Virus record (IMG/VR): IMGVR_UViG_3300021310_000002
Direction: 5' to 3' (one strand)
Origin: a virus
DNA length: 64,000 nucleotides
The translations under genes and the position numbers were made by a program. Of the stretch, positions 31,295 through 40,616 are shown piece after piece (positions within the stretch are counted from its first letter, which is position 1; each line of letters opens with the position of its first letter). The notes beneath the pieces are model-generated. The model ran no database searches. It was not told the DNA's origin and worked only from the letters and a program-made list of their open reading frames with translations.

Positions 31295-32272
31295 ATGGAA
31301 AATTGGGGAAAAATAATAAAGAGTTATGCTCAAAATTCTGACAACTCAACTATGAAACTTATAGATGCCGTTATTATTTCGGTTAATTCTCATTCGGCTT
31401 TGTTTGAGTCTGCCAGTGTTCGTTTAATTACGGGACAGATTATTGAAGGCTTACCAAATGCTTCTGGTAACAAGCTTTTTGTAGGACAAGGTGTTAAAGT
31501 AGGTTATCGAACAACACCTGATGCTGGTTGGATTGATAAAGTAAATGGCGAAGTTAATCCTGTTCGTATCACTAGCTATGACGTTGAGGAAACACCACAT
31601 TATGACCCAGATGTTAGCCCTGTAGGAACTTCGGAAGAATTGATACTTGACGTTAATGCCAAGACTAAATTGATATATGGCGCACACACGTTAATGTCAT
31701 TACAAGGGTATGCTGTTAAATTTAACAATGCTCCCTTAACAGTAGCAGACGTTGATATATTTGGAACACACTTAGAGTTCGACAGTTATTGGCGAGATAC
31801 AGTAGAAGATGAATTTATTGAATGTCATCATACAGTAGATTTATTTATAAACCAAAGGAATTATAGTTCTAGTTCAGGTAAAGTTACATTTTACCCAGTA
31901 GTGCGATGTACGCAATATAATAAAAGTACAGGAACGTTGTTATATTCGGGAGCGTTTAGCACATGGGCTATATCAGACCCATCTGATATATTTATAGTAC
32001 CTACTATTAGTAGTATTTCAGGTTTACCTGACTATGATAGACAGTCCACGCCATACGGATATGTTAAAAATAATAATCTCTTTTTTTATGTAGGCTATAT
32101 TCAAGATTCTGACCCAAACACGATTAAATATGTCGAGCGATATATAAGTGGTGGATATCAAGCGCATATATATCTTCATGGAAGTAATAGTTATAGCGTT
32201 ATACCGATTGAAAGTTTTGATGAAAAGTGCTATGATTTTGCAGTAGTTAAAAGAGTAGAACCAAGAATTTAG
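31295..32272 (+). CDS. Tail tip/spike-like protein, paralog B
   Basis: Shares MENW.KIIK, PNASGNKLF, HLEFDS.WRD, FIECHHTVDLF, QSTPYGYVK with paralog A. Confidence 0.55.
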   Translation: MENWGKIIKSYAQNSDNSTMKLIDAVIISVNSHSALFESASVRLITGQIIEGLPNASGNKLFVGQGVKVGYRTTPDAGWIDKVNGEVNPVRITSYDVEETPHYDPDVSPVGTSEELILDVNAKTKLIYGAHTLMSLQGYAVKFNNAPLTVADVDIFGTHLEFDSYWRDTVEDEFIECHHTVDLFINQRNYSSSSGKVTFYPVVRCTQYNKSTGTLLYSGAFSTWAISDPSDIFIVPTISSISGLPDYDRQSTPYGYVKNNNLFFYVGYIQDSDPNTIKYVERYISGGYQAHIYLHGSNSYSVIPIESFDEKCYDFAVVKRVEPRI

Positions 32273-32285
32273 GGGGTGGTTAATA

Positions 32286-33032
32286 GTGTTGCTAAACATT
32301 CATGATGTGAATTTTCAAACAGACTTAGATTTGGTTGTAAAATATGCAAGCAGACCTATTCATAAACCATCAACATTATATAATGTTTCCTATACTCAAA
32401 ATATAGCACCGATGGATAAGTATAATATGGAGTATGAATTTAGAACTACGCCGACAGTAGGAAGTATACCATCTCCCCCTGACCCAACTCAGCAAATTAC
32501 AGTAGATTTACTTGCCGCACCAACTATGGTTTTTAGAACAAGTGGAAGTAGTGCAATAAGCGACAATGATATATATTCAGATGATAAATGGTTTACATCG
32601 GCGGTTGCGTTGAGATTTAGCAGTAGTTATCCAAGTGCAAGTTGTAATTGGTTTATTGACAACGGCACTGATGATTATTGGTATTGTCCATATGGATTTA
32701 ACTTCCCTAGTGGCTATGATATAGTGATGGTAAATAAATTATATGCGTTCACCGAAAATTGGAAGACGAATATGCTGTTTACAAACGTCAATGGTGAATT
32801 AAGACCAGCGGGTTGCTGTGTGCCTATCGTTGATAATGTATACTATGATGTTGATTTAGTTAATAGGTCAAATGGCACAGTAATAAACAGAACAGGAAGT
32901 TCAAATGATGGATATATGCTTGGTCGTAGTCCATATAGTATGAACATGGCGTTATATGTCCCTACCGACTCATATGGTACAAGAGGTGATATGAAAGGAC
33001 AAATACTTGTTACTGAAACACCGTGGACGTAA
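32286..33032 (+). CDS. Hypothetical virion protein
   Basis: ORF with SD in the tail cluster. Confidence 0.5.
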   Translation: MLLNIHDVNFQTDLDLVVKYASRPIHKPSTLYNVSYTQNIAPMDKYNMEYEFRTTPTVGSIPSPPDPTQQITVDLLAAPTMVFRTSGSSAISDNDIYSDDKWFTSAVALRFSSSYPSASCNWFIDNGTDDYWYCPYGFNFPSGYDIVMVNKLYAFTENWKTNMLFTNVNGELRPAGCCVPIVDNVYYDVDLVNRSNGTVINRTGSSNDGYMLGRSPYSMNMALYVPTDSYGTRGDMKGQILVTETPWT

Positions 33033-33055
33033 AAATATAAAGGAGTGAAATATTT

Positions 33056-33367
33056 ATGAAAGAAATACTTATGCAAATTATTCCTATCGTTCTCGCAACG
33101 GTGGGAACTTTTATTGTTGGGCTGATTAAAGCCAAGTACACTGAGTATGTAAATACAGATACAAAGAAAGAGATAGCTATGCTTACTGTTCGTTATGTAG
33201 AACAGGTTTTTAAAACTCTGCATGGCGGTGAGAAGTTAGATAAAGCAAAGTCGGCATTTGTCAAAATGCTGAACGAAAAAGGCATCAAGGTAAGTGAAGA
33301 CGAAATCAATATGCTTCTTGAAGCAGCAGTAAATCAGATGAACGAAAGAAAAGGTGCGGATAACTAA
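33056..33367 (+). CDS. Holin, LL-H-like
   Basis: One N-terminal TM helix, VEQ..G.EK..A, IEAAV-like LEAAV. Confidence 0.75.
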   Translation: MKEILMQIIPIVLATVGTFIVGLIKAKYTEYVNTDTKKEIAMLTVRYVEQVFKTLHGGEKLDKAKSAFVKMLNEKGIKVSEDEINMLLEAAVNQMNERKGADN

Positions 33368-33395
33368 AAAATAAATGACAGGAGTGTATAAGGAC

Positions 33396-33776
33396 ATGGA
33401 AGAAAAATATTTAGAGATACTGACACAGACAGTTGAAAGGTCAAAATCAAACACGCACCAAATTGACGAAATCAAATCTGATATAAAAGAAATACGAGAA
33501 GAAAGCAAGGCGTTAAATCAGCTTGCTACAAGCGTTGAACTAATAGCTAAAGATATGACGGTATTTAAAGATGATGTTTCTTCTTTTAAGAGTGACGTTG
33601 CCGAGATTAAGGTGGCGCAGTCTGAAATGAAAGATGAAATTGCAGACGTAAAAAATGAAGCTATTAGAAAGAAAGCGGGTTGGTTTGATAGTATTGGTAA
33701 GTTTATTATTACAACTATCGGTACTGGTATACTTGCTTTCTTGCTTGGTAATTTGTTCCCAAATATTTTTAAGTAA
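33396..33776 (+). CDS. XhlA-like coiled-coil membrane protein
   Basis: KSNTHQIDE, coiled coil, C-terminal TM segment. Confidence 0.6.
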   Translation: MEEKYLEILTQTVERSKSNTHQIDEIKSDIKEIREESKALNQLATSVELIAKDMTVFKDDVSSFKSDVAEIKVAQSEMKDEIADVKNEAIRKKAGWFDSIGKFIITTIGTGILAFLLGNLFPNIFK

Positions 33777-33805
33777 ATCATAGTTATGATAAGGAAGGTG
33801 TAATT

Positions 33806-34000
33806 ATGAGTGCAAGTTTAATTAAATACGGTGACAAAGATAATAGACTCCCTGTTGAGATAAGAGGGCTTTCAACAGATGAAAAACCTATTGATGAAAT
33901 CGAGGGCATCGGTATCGACAACGGTAGTGTGTTCCTTGAAATTGATACAGGAGATGTTTATTTCTTTGATATTGATACAAAACAGTGGCTCGTTATGTAG
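33806..34000 (+). CDS. Small virion protein
   Basis: GLSTDEKP...NGS..LEIDTG..Y.FD...W motif. Confidence 0.55.
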   Translation: MSASLIKYGDKDNRLPVEIRGLSTDEKPIDEIEGIGIDNGSVFLEIDTGDVYFFDIDTKQWLVM

Positions 34001-34033
34001 TCACTGTTTCATTAAATTAGGAGGTGACGAATT

Positions 34034-34696
34034 TTGGATATAGTAACTTATGCCATGTCACGAAACTTTACTAAAAAGTCTTTGATTGGATTAGGTGCTA
34101 TAATTGGTAGTCCATGTACCATAGAGAGTATTGTTCATCAAGACGGAGTTAACAGGGTTACGTTTAAATGGACAGGCACAGATGGCACTGTTGAAAGACG
34201 AACTATGGAAGTATATGACGGCACTCCTATTTATGTATGGGAGGCTGGCAACACATACAAGTATGGAGACCTTGCGATTTACGAAAGCGCATTTTATAGA
34301 TGCATTGTTGCGAATAGCGACTCTACATTTGACGACACGAAATGGAATGAGATAGGTTCACCTGATGGTAATTACGATATTGTAAAAAATAAAGACTTTT
34401 TACCCGTAAGGTTTACTGCGGCGGATAGAAAAATGTATTTTGCTTATGAGGAAAACTGTTTCTATTTTTGGAATGGTACTACATGGCAAGAAAAATTCAA
34501 AGTCGATGACGAAATCAATGACACTTCAACCAATCCTGTACAGAACAAAGTAATCTATGATGCACTTGACAAAAAGCAGGACAAGCTAACCGCTGGGCTT
34601 GGCGTGACGATTGAATACGACAGCGAAACACATTTGACCACAATTGACGTAAACAACATATCAGCCGAAGAACTGGAAGATATGTGGAACAACTGA
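34034..34696 (+). CDS. Fibre/adaptor protein with CBM5/12-like domain
   Basis: WEAGNTYKYGD..YRC..W; NPVQN linker; C-terminal ISAEELEDMW. Confidence 0.6.
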   Translation: MDIVTYAMSRNFTKKSLIGLGAIIGSPCTIESIVHQDGVNRVTFKWTGTDGTVERRTMEVYDGTPIYVWEAGNTYKYGDLAIYESAFYRCIVANSDSTFDDTKWNEIGSPDGNYDIVKNKDFLPVRFTAADRKMYFAYEENCFYFWNGTTWQEKFKVDDEINDTSTNPVQNKVIYDALDKKQDKLTAGLGVTIEYDSETHLTTIDVNNISAEELEDMWNN

Positions 34697-34716
34697 TAAT
34701 TAAAGGAGGTTTTATT

Positions 34717-35676
34717 ATGCCTACAACTCTTAAATATATGAATCAACTCAGGACACAAGAACTGATAACCGAGATAAAGCGTAGACTTGCAAAGAAACAG
34801 GATATTATACAGTTTATGGTTATGCCTACCATTACTTCTGAAATGGTGGGTGACGTATATCAGTACATTGGCGATACAACTGCAACTTATAAGAATGGCG
34901 ATTTCTACAGAGTTGTCCTTAATCCTGAAACACTTGACCCTGAGTATAAGCAGATTACTTATAACAAAGACGAAATTGACGAACTGATTGATGCGGCTGG
35001 TCATTTTGAGGTAGTTGAGGAACTGCCCACTACCGACATAAAGACCAATGTTATATATCTCGTACCAAAGAAGCAAACACTTGACGGTTATGTAGATAGT
35101 ACAGACGATTCTTTCTACTTCCCCACTGGTGACGAAACAGCTCCTGCATTCCAGAAGTATGATGTTAATGGTGATTTCGTTGAGGACGTAACTGGTGCAG
35201 ATGCGGAGACAGTTCAGGCAAACATTGATGATGGCACATTTACTGCTGAGACAAAGACCTGTAAAGTAGGTCAGGTTAACAATGTCAAGGACGAATATAT
35301 AAATCTTGATGGCACAACTGCTGGATGGGAAAAGATTGGTGATACCGAGATAGACCTGAGTGGCTATGTAAAACATGAGGAACTTGTAGCGATAACTGCT
35401 GAGGAACTGGAAGATATGTGGAGAACTACAGGCATACTTAATCTGTCTACCGATACAGTTACGGTTGCAGCCGAGGAAACTGCGGACGTTGACGTTACAA
35501 GTACAGGTGCTATTGTACTGCTTGTAGGTGATACAGATGTTGCAACTGCGGCTTATGCTAATGGTAAGATAACCATTACTGGCGTAGCAACTGGTACAAC
35601 TGATGTTACTGTAATTAGTTCTGCAACTGAGGACTACAAAGCTGTAACAGCTACAATTGCTGTAACAGTTTCTTGA
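34717..35676 (+). CDS. Fibre protein with C-terminal Ig-like domain
   Basis: VVEELPT..IYLVP, WEKIG motifs; ITGVATGTT..TV Ig-like tail. Confidence 0.6.
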   Translation: MPTTLKYMNQLRTQELITEIKRRLAKKQDIIQFMVMPTITSEMVGDVYQYIGDTTATYKNGDFYRVVLNPETLDPEYKQITYNKDEIDELIDAAGHFEVVEELPTTDIKTNVIYLVPKKQTLDGYVDSTDDSFYFPTGDETAPAFQKYDVNGDFVEDVTGADAETVQANIDDGTFTAETKTCKVGQVNNVKDEYINLDGTTAGWEKIGDTEIDLSGYVKHEELVAITAEELEDMWRTTGILNLSTDTVTVAAEETADVDVTSTGAIVLLVGDTDVATAAYANGKITITGVATGTTDVTVISSATEDYKAVTATIAVTVS

Positions 35677-35740
35677 TAATAGAGAATGAGAATGGGCGGT
35701 AATTAAGTTTACCGCCTTGTTCTATAAAGGAGGTCAGACA

Positions 35741-37237
35741 ATGGAATATAAATACTTAAATAAAGTTCGCACCGAAGAACTGGTTGACGAAATCAAAAGG
35801 CGTTTAGGTGTCAGACTTATAGTTACTGACGTTATGCCTGAAAGTGCCGAGGACGGTGCTATGAGATTATATTCGGGTGAAACAGATGTGACTTTTGCGC
35901 AGAGCCATATCTATAGATACGATGCAACCGAAGCAATATGGGAAGATGTAACAAGTGACAATGACAAGTATCCTATCGCATGGGACGTTGAATTAACTCA
36001 GGCTGAATACGATGCTTTACCCGATGATAAGAATACAGATGACAAAAATTATTATATTACCGACAACGAGGAAGAAACAATAGTCTATACTTGGATAATA
36101 GACCCCGATGAAACAGATTCTTATGATAGAGTGATATATGCTGATGATGCGGTTGGCATGACTCCCGCTTCAATGGGTAACACCTCATTTAGTTATGGTT
36201 CTTGGGAAGATACGTTCTTTATGCCAAGACCTTGTATGCTTAAATCAGATGGTACTGTCGATTATTACCTCGACCCTAACGATTACAGTAAAAAGGAAAA
36301 TGGTGCGCCTTCCGATATAGCCGACCCCAATTATGATGGTAATGCTATGATAGAATGGGGCTTGATATGGTTTAGCTATGACCCTGATGCAAAGAAGTTT
36401 TCATGCTCCAATCAACAGGTAGATGATAGTTATGATTGTCCTTGTAACAAAGATGTTAACGGTGAGATTATTCCGCATTTTTATACAGCTATTTATAATG
36501 GTACTGGTATAGATACAATGCGCTCACTTTCGGGAATAGCACTTACAAGCGAGAATGGCAATGGTGGCACAGGTGGACAGGATGAAATAGATAGAGCTGT
36601 TGCAAACAATACAACATCTGATATAGAGTGGTACACTGGTGTATGGTGTGACAGAATGTTGATTAATGCTTTACTTATACTGATTTCTCATTCTACGGAT
36701 TCTCAGGGTAAGTTTGGTCGTGGTATGGATAATAATAAGGATTCAACTACTGCACAGGCTCTTAAAGAATCTTATATTACTGGCACAATGAACACCAGAG
36801 GTTTGTTCTATGGTGATATCAATGATGGCTATGCCCCTGTTAAAGTGTTTGGTATGGAGAACTGGTGGGGTTGTGTATGGAACAGAATCGCTGGTCTTAG
36901 AGGTGTAACTAATGGATATAAGTACAAGCTGACTCAGCCTTATGAGATAAGCGGGTTGGATTATGATACGTTAGAAGTTACAAAACCTAGTTCGGGTGAT
37001 ATTTCGGAATGTACTTTTGGCGAATTTGGATTACTGCCTATAGCAACAGAGGGTTCGTCCAGCACATATTATGCTGATACATTTCATAACGGTACAGGCT
37101 ATGCTCTTGTTGGAGATTGTAGCGGTTCTGGTTATAACTGTGGTGCATTTGCTTTGGGATTACATGGCGCATTTTTTGATTCATCATGGTCGGTTTCGGC
37201 TTCGCTGTCGTGTAAACCTTTAAAGTCAAGGTTCTGA
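35741..37237 (+). CDS. Receptor-binding protein with CLec/FGE-type (DGR-target-like) C-terminus
   Basis: VKVFGMENWWGCVW and terminal ALVG..CGAFAL.L....SW..SASLSCKP. Confidence 0.65.
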   Translation: MEYKYLNKVRTEELVDEIKRRLGVRLIVTDVMPESAEDGAMRLYSGETDVTFAQSHIYRYDATEAIWEDVTSDNDKYPIAWDVELTQAEYDALPDDKNTDDKNYYITDNEEETIVYTWIIDPDETDSYDRVIYADDAVGMTPASMGNTSFSYGSWEDTFFMPRPCMLKSDGTVDYYLDPNDYSKKENGAPSDIADPNYDGNAMIEWGLIWFSYDPDAKKFSCSNQQVDDSYDCPCNKDVNGEIIPHFYTAIYNGTGIDTMRSLSGIALTSENGNGGTGGQDEIDRAVANNTTSDIEWYTGVWCDRMLINALLILISHSTDSQGKFGRGMDNNKDSTTAQALKESYITGTMNTRGLFYGDINDGYAPVKVFGMENWWGCVWNRIAGLRGVTNGYKYKLTQPYEISGLDYDTLEVTKPSSGDISECTFGEFGLLPIATEGSSSTYYADTFHNGTGYALVGDCSGSGYNCGAFALGLHGAFFDSSWSVSASLSCKPLKSRF

Positions 37238-37251
37238 TGGAGGTGAATAGT

Positions 37252-37515
37252 ATGGCATGGTATAAATCTACAAGTACAAAAATGCCCACAAACGTTGACG
37301 ATTCGACTTCTAAAAAGTGGGTGTATGTTAGACGAAATATAGAAAAAGTAGAGCAAGAGAATGTCTTTACGCATGAAACAGAAACATATTATTCATTCGA
37401 GGAAACAAAAATCCCGAAAGAAGTTTATATGGTTTTTGAAGCAGAGAAATCCAATAGCGAAAGATTGAACGATATTGAAGAAGCTTTGGTTGAGCTGATT
37501 TATGGAGGTGAGTGA
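37252..37515 (+). CDS. Small fibre-associated protein
   Basis: SD GGAGGTG; C-terminal DIEEALVEL. Confidence 0.5.
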   Translation: MAWYKSTSTKMPTNVDDSTSKKWVYVRRNIEKVEQENVFTHETETYYSFEETKIPKEVYMVFEAEKSNSERLNDIEEALVELIYGGE

Positions 37516-37516
37516 T

Positions 37517-37660
37517 ATGACGGCGGCAAAATTTAATATTGTATTGCGTGTTGTAAAGCGTAGAATGGAAAACGGTGAGAAACTTGAAGATATCCTTGCT
37601 TCTTATCCTGCACTTTCAGAAGATGAAAAGGAACAGATTAGAGAGGCGGTGAACAACTAA
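37517..37660 (+). CDS. Small protein (47 aa, MTAAKFNIVLRVVKRR...), absent from ORF track
   Basis: SD GGAGGTG; stop overlaps next ATG (TAATG). Confidence 0.55.
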   Translation: MTAAKFNIVLRVVKRRMENGEKLEDILASYPALSEDEKEQIREAVNN

Positions 37661-39177
37661 TGGGAAAGATTATGCATAACGGTGTCGAGTATGGCGGCGG
37701 CGGTTATTCTAAGAAACAGACTGATGATAAGCTGAGACTGAAACTTGACAAATCGGCGGTAGATACTGAGATATCTGAGGATAGCAGTAATCCTGTACAG
37801 AATAGAGTTATTGCAAATGCGCTTAATGATAAAATATCACAAGTTAATGTCATGCCTACCCCTAGCGAAAACGAGTTAGACAAAATTGTTCAGTATGTAG
37901 GGGAAACAACGGGTAGCTACATAAAAGGTTTCTTTTATCGTTGCGTAGAAGTTCCCGATACAGACCCTACGGAATACGAATGGGTTCATCAGAACGTAGA
38001 CGAGATTTCGGGTGATGCTGTAGTATGGGTAACTAACTTCCCTACCGCACCTGATATAAAGAATGTAGTCTATGGAAAGATAACCACAACTACCGAATAC
38101 ACAAACGAAAAAACCGTTGGTCTTGATAGTCTTGATACCGAAACAAGAATAACTCTTGATGGTGATAGCTATATTCCTGCAAGCGCAGACGATGTGTATG
38201 TTAAGGGCGGGGACGTTTCTGATTATGAGACATTCGTTTCTTTCAATACGGTTACAAACGAACTAACTACAAGCGAGGGAACTTATACTCTTGAAACTGA
38301 AACCGAATTGACCTTTGCTACACAGACCACTACCGAAACTAAGTCGTTTAAGATTGGTAATGAGGAAAGACAGGAACTTACAGAACTTGAAAGCGGCGGC
38401 ACTGAGGTCATAGCAAATCCGAGTGAAGCGGCTACCGAGACTCTTTCAAAGGTAAATATTGACGGAACTGTTTATGAAGTAGGCGGTGACACTATTCAGG
38501 TTGAAACACTTCCTACTGCAAGTGCAGATGAACTTGGTAATATTTACGAGTATGTAGGTACGACAACTGCAAATTATATTAACGGTAGGTTTTATCGTTG
38601 TGTTTCTGGCGGAACTTCCACTCCGACCTATGTGTGGGAAGAAGTCGATTTTGGCGATGGTACGCCACATTGGTCTGGTACGAGAGCTGAATATGAAGCA
38701 ATTAAGGACACGTTAGAACCAGGAACGTATGTCAGCATTACCGATGATTACGATGAAGGGCTTGAAGTAGTAGATGAAGTTGAAGACAACAACATGAATG
38801 TAGTAACAAGCAATGCAGTTTATGAAGCACTTTCTAAAATAGGTGATAACTACGTATCAACATCGGCTGACAATACAGATTCATCTTGGGTGACTAAATC
38901 TGTAACTGTATCTAATCTTCCTAAAGGTAAATATTTAGTGTTTGGAAAGATTACAACAGATGTTAATGCTGGTGGAACTGCTAAAACTGCTGTATTATCT
39001 TATGGTTGGGGGTCTATAACCTTTTCACAAGCCACTGGTGATTTTTCTGGAAATACTGGTCTTCTGGATGTATATAATCATGTATCAGATGGTACAGCTA
39101 ATTTTACTATACAAATATACTTAAATCCAGTAGGCGGAAAAGCTACAGCACAACTTATGCTAATACGTATGGCTTAA
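37660..39177 (+). CDS. Modular tail fibre protein
   Basis: Repeated NPVQN-type linkers and LPT..YVG..FYRCV modules. Confidence 0.65.
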   Translation: MGKIMHNGVEYGGGGYSKKQTDDKLRLKLDKSAVDTEISEDSSNPVQNRVIANALNDKISQVNVMPTPSENELDKIVQYVGETTGSYIKGFFYRCVEVPDTDPTEYEWVHQNVDEISGDAVVWVTNFPTAPDIKNVVYGKITTTTEYTNEKTVGLDSLDTETRITLDGDSYIPASADDVYVKGGDVSDYETFVSFNTVTNELTTSEGTYTLETETELTFATQTTTETKSFKIGNEERQELTELESGGTEVIANPSEAATETLSKVNIDGTVYEVGGDTIQVETLPTASADELGNIYEYVGTTTANYINGRFYRCVSGGTSTPTYVWEEVDFGDGTPHWSGTRAEYEAIKDTLEPGTYVSITDDYDEGLEVVDEVEDNNMNVVTSNAVYEALSKIGDNYVSTSADNTDSSWVTKSVTVSNLPKGKYLVFGKITTDVNAGGTAKTAVLSYGWGSITFSQATGDFSGNTGLLDVYNHVSDGTANFTIQIYLNPVGGKATAQLMLIRMA

Positions 39178-39212
39178 TTAAAAGAAATAAATTAGAAAGG
39201 AGAAGATGAATT

Positions 39213-40004
39213 ATGAGTTTAAACATTAAAACACCTACTGGTTTACAGAAAATTGCTGGGTCTACTATTATATTGGATGCAACAGCGTCAGAAATAAGAG
39301 AAGGAACTTTTAGTCTATCAGGTACTTCTTGGACGACCCAAGATATAACTTTTACTACACCAATGCCTGATACTAACTATATAGTTAGCATAGAATTTGC
39401 AGAAATAAGTGGTGGTGTTGTTACACCTTTTAGAATTACAAATAAAACTGTTAATGGTTTTACTCTTGCAATTTATGCCACTGCTAGTAATACAATTACA
39501 TATGCAGGTACTTACTACGCAATTCGTCTTATAAAATTAGAAGGCTATACGGCACTTCAAAATAAAGTCAACAATCCTGATTCTACCCCTACCAAGAACT
39601 CTACTAATCTTGTAACAAGTGGTGGAGTTTATGATGCAATCAAGAATAGTGGAATATCACAACATTACTTCTTGGGAACAGGGGTGTATGACAGACCGTA
39701 TCTTCCGAGGACTATCACGATAAACAAGACAGGACACAATGCTCTTATTGTTACTCCGCACATGGGGTCAGATAGTGCGTATCAGTCAAACTATACACCA
39801 GCCGTATTTGATATATCAACACAACTTTATCAAGCGAACACTAACCTTAATGCCGTGTTCCCGAGCTACGATGAAACAACACACACGATTTCATGGTATC
39901 TGACCCATTTTGCCGACGTTACGGCAGTCACGCAGGACACGCTTACATTGTCTACGGAAGGCGTTACAACGGGATATCCGTGGTTTCACATTCACGTAAT
40001 TTAA
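39213..40004 (+). CDS. Tail fibre tip protein (H-type lectin-like)
   Basis: ITFTTPM..Y.V..NKTVNGF motif; NLVTSGGVY linker. Confidence 0.55.
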   Translation: MSLNIKTPTGLQKIAGSTIILDATASEIREGTFSLSGTSWTTQDITFTTPMPDTNYIVSIEFAEISGGVVTPFRITNKTVNGFTLAIYATASNTITYAGTYYAIRLIKLEGYTALQNKVNNPDSTPTKNSTNLVTSGGVYDAIKNSGISQHYFLGTGVYDRPYLPRTITINKTGHNALIVTPHMGSDSAYQSNYTPAVFDISTQLYQANTNLNAVFPSYDETTHTISWYLTHFADVTAVTQDTLTLSTEGVTTGYPWFHIHVI

Positions 40005-40145
40005 GGAGAAAATAGAAACAGAATTTTATTGTCACTAATATACCAAACATAAGCCAATAAAAGTAAAATTTTATGCTAAGATATAGGGCGTGAAATCCCG
40101 CATGACACTAGGATTTTCAATTTTGCCAATACAGAAAAAATAACG

Positions 40146-40178
40146 AGAGCTGTCATTTTGGCGGCTCTCTTTTGTTTA
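40146..40178 (+). terminator. Intrinsic terminator
   Basis: GAGAGCTGTCA-TTT-TGGCGGCTCTC plus T-run. Confidence 0.7.
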
Positions 40179-40204
40179 TCAATGAATAACAGGGAGGTTA
40201 AAAT

Positions 40205-40375
40205 ATGAGTGACGAAACAAGAAAACAAATAATTAAATCTATTGTCTATGGTTATACTGCTACTGAGATAGCTGAGATATATGGATTTGATATTGATATA
40301 ATTAGTAAGCTGATAGCTGATAATGAGGACGAAATCGAGAGAACAAAGAAATACATTAAAGAAATGAGGGGATAA
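40205..40375 (+). CDS. Small HTH-like protein (56 aa), absent from ORF track
   Basis: MSDETRKQIIKSIVYGYTATEIAEIYG...; SD GGAGGT. Confidence 0.55.
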   Translation: MSDETRKQIIKSIVYGYTATEIAEIYGFDIDIISKLIADNEDEIERTKKYIKEMRG

Positions 40376-40377
40376 GT

Positions 40378-40593
40378 ATGAAGAACATAATAACAGGAAT
40401 TGTTATGTCGGTAGCAATTATGGCTACGGTTACTTATTATATCCCAAGTACAATTAAAGTGCCTATTATTCGCAACGGAGTAACTACTTGGGTGACACAG
40501 TATATTGATGCTTCTTATGGCACATCCAACAGTACACCTCGGTATAAAATCACATATTATAATGGACAGAAAGTCCTTACGAAATGTAATTGA
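40378..40593 (+). CDS. Small membrane or secreted protein
   Basis: Hydrophobic N-terminus. Confidence 0.45.
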   Translation: MKNIITGIVMSVAIMATVTYYIPSTIKVPIIRNGVTTWVTQYIDASYGTSNSTPRYKITYYNGQKVLTKCN

Positions 40594-40616
40594 CATACAG
40601 GATTGGAGGGATTATA

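Noticed and set aside
34555..35376. 273-aa antisense ORF (also 41037-41690 and other shadow ORFs)
   Set aside because: Opposite well-supported genes; no motifs or SD
35741..40200. Complete diversity-generating retroelement
   Set aside because: No reverse transcriptase or template repeat found in the window
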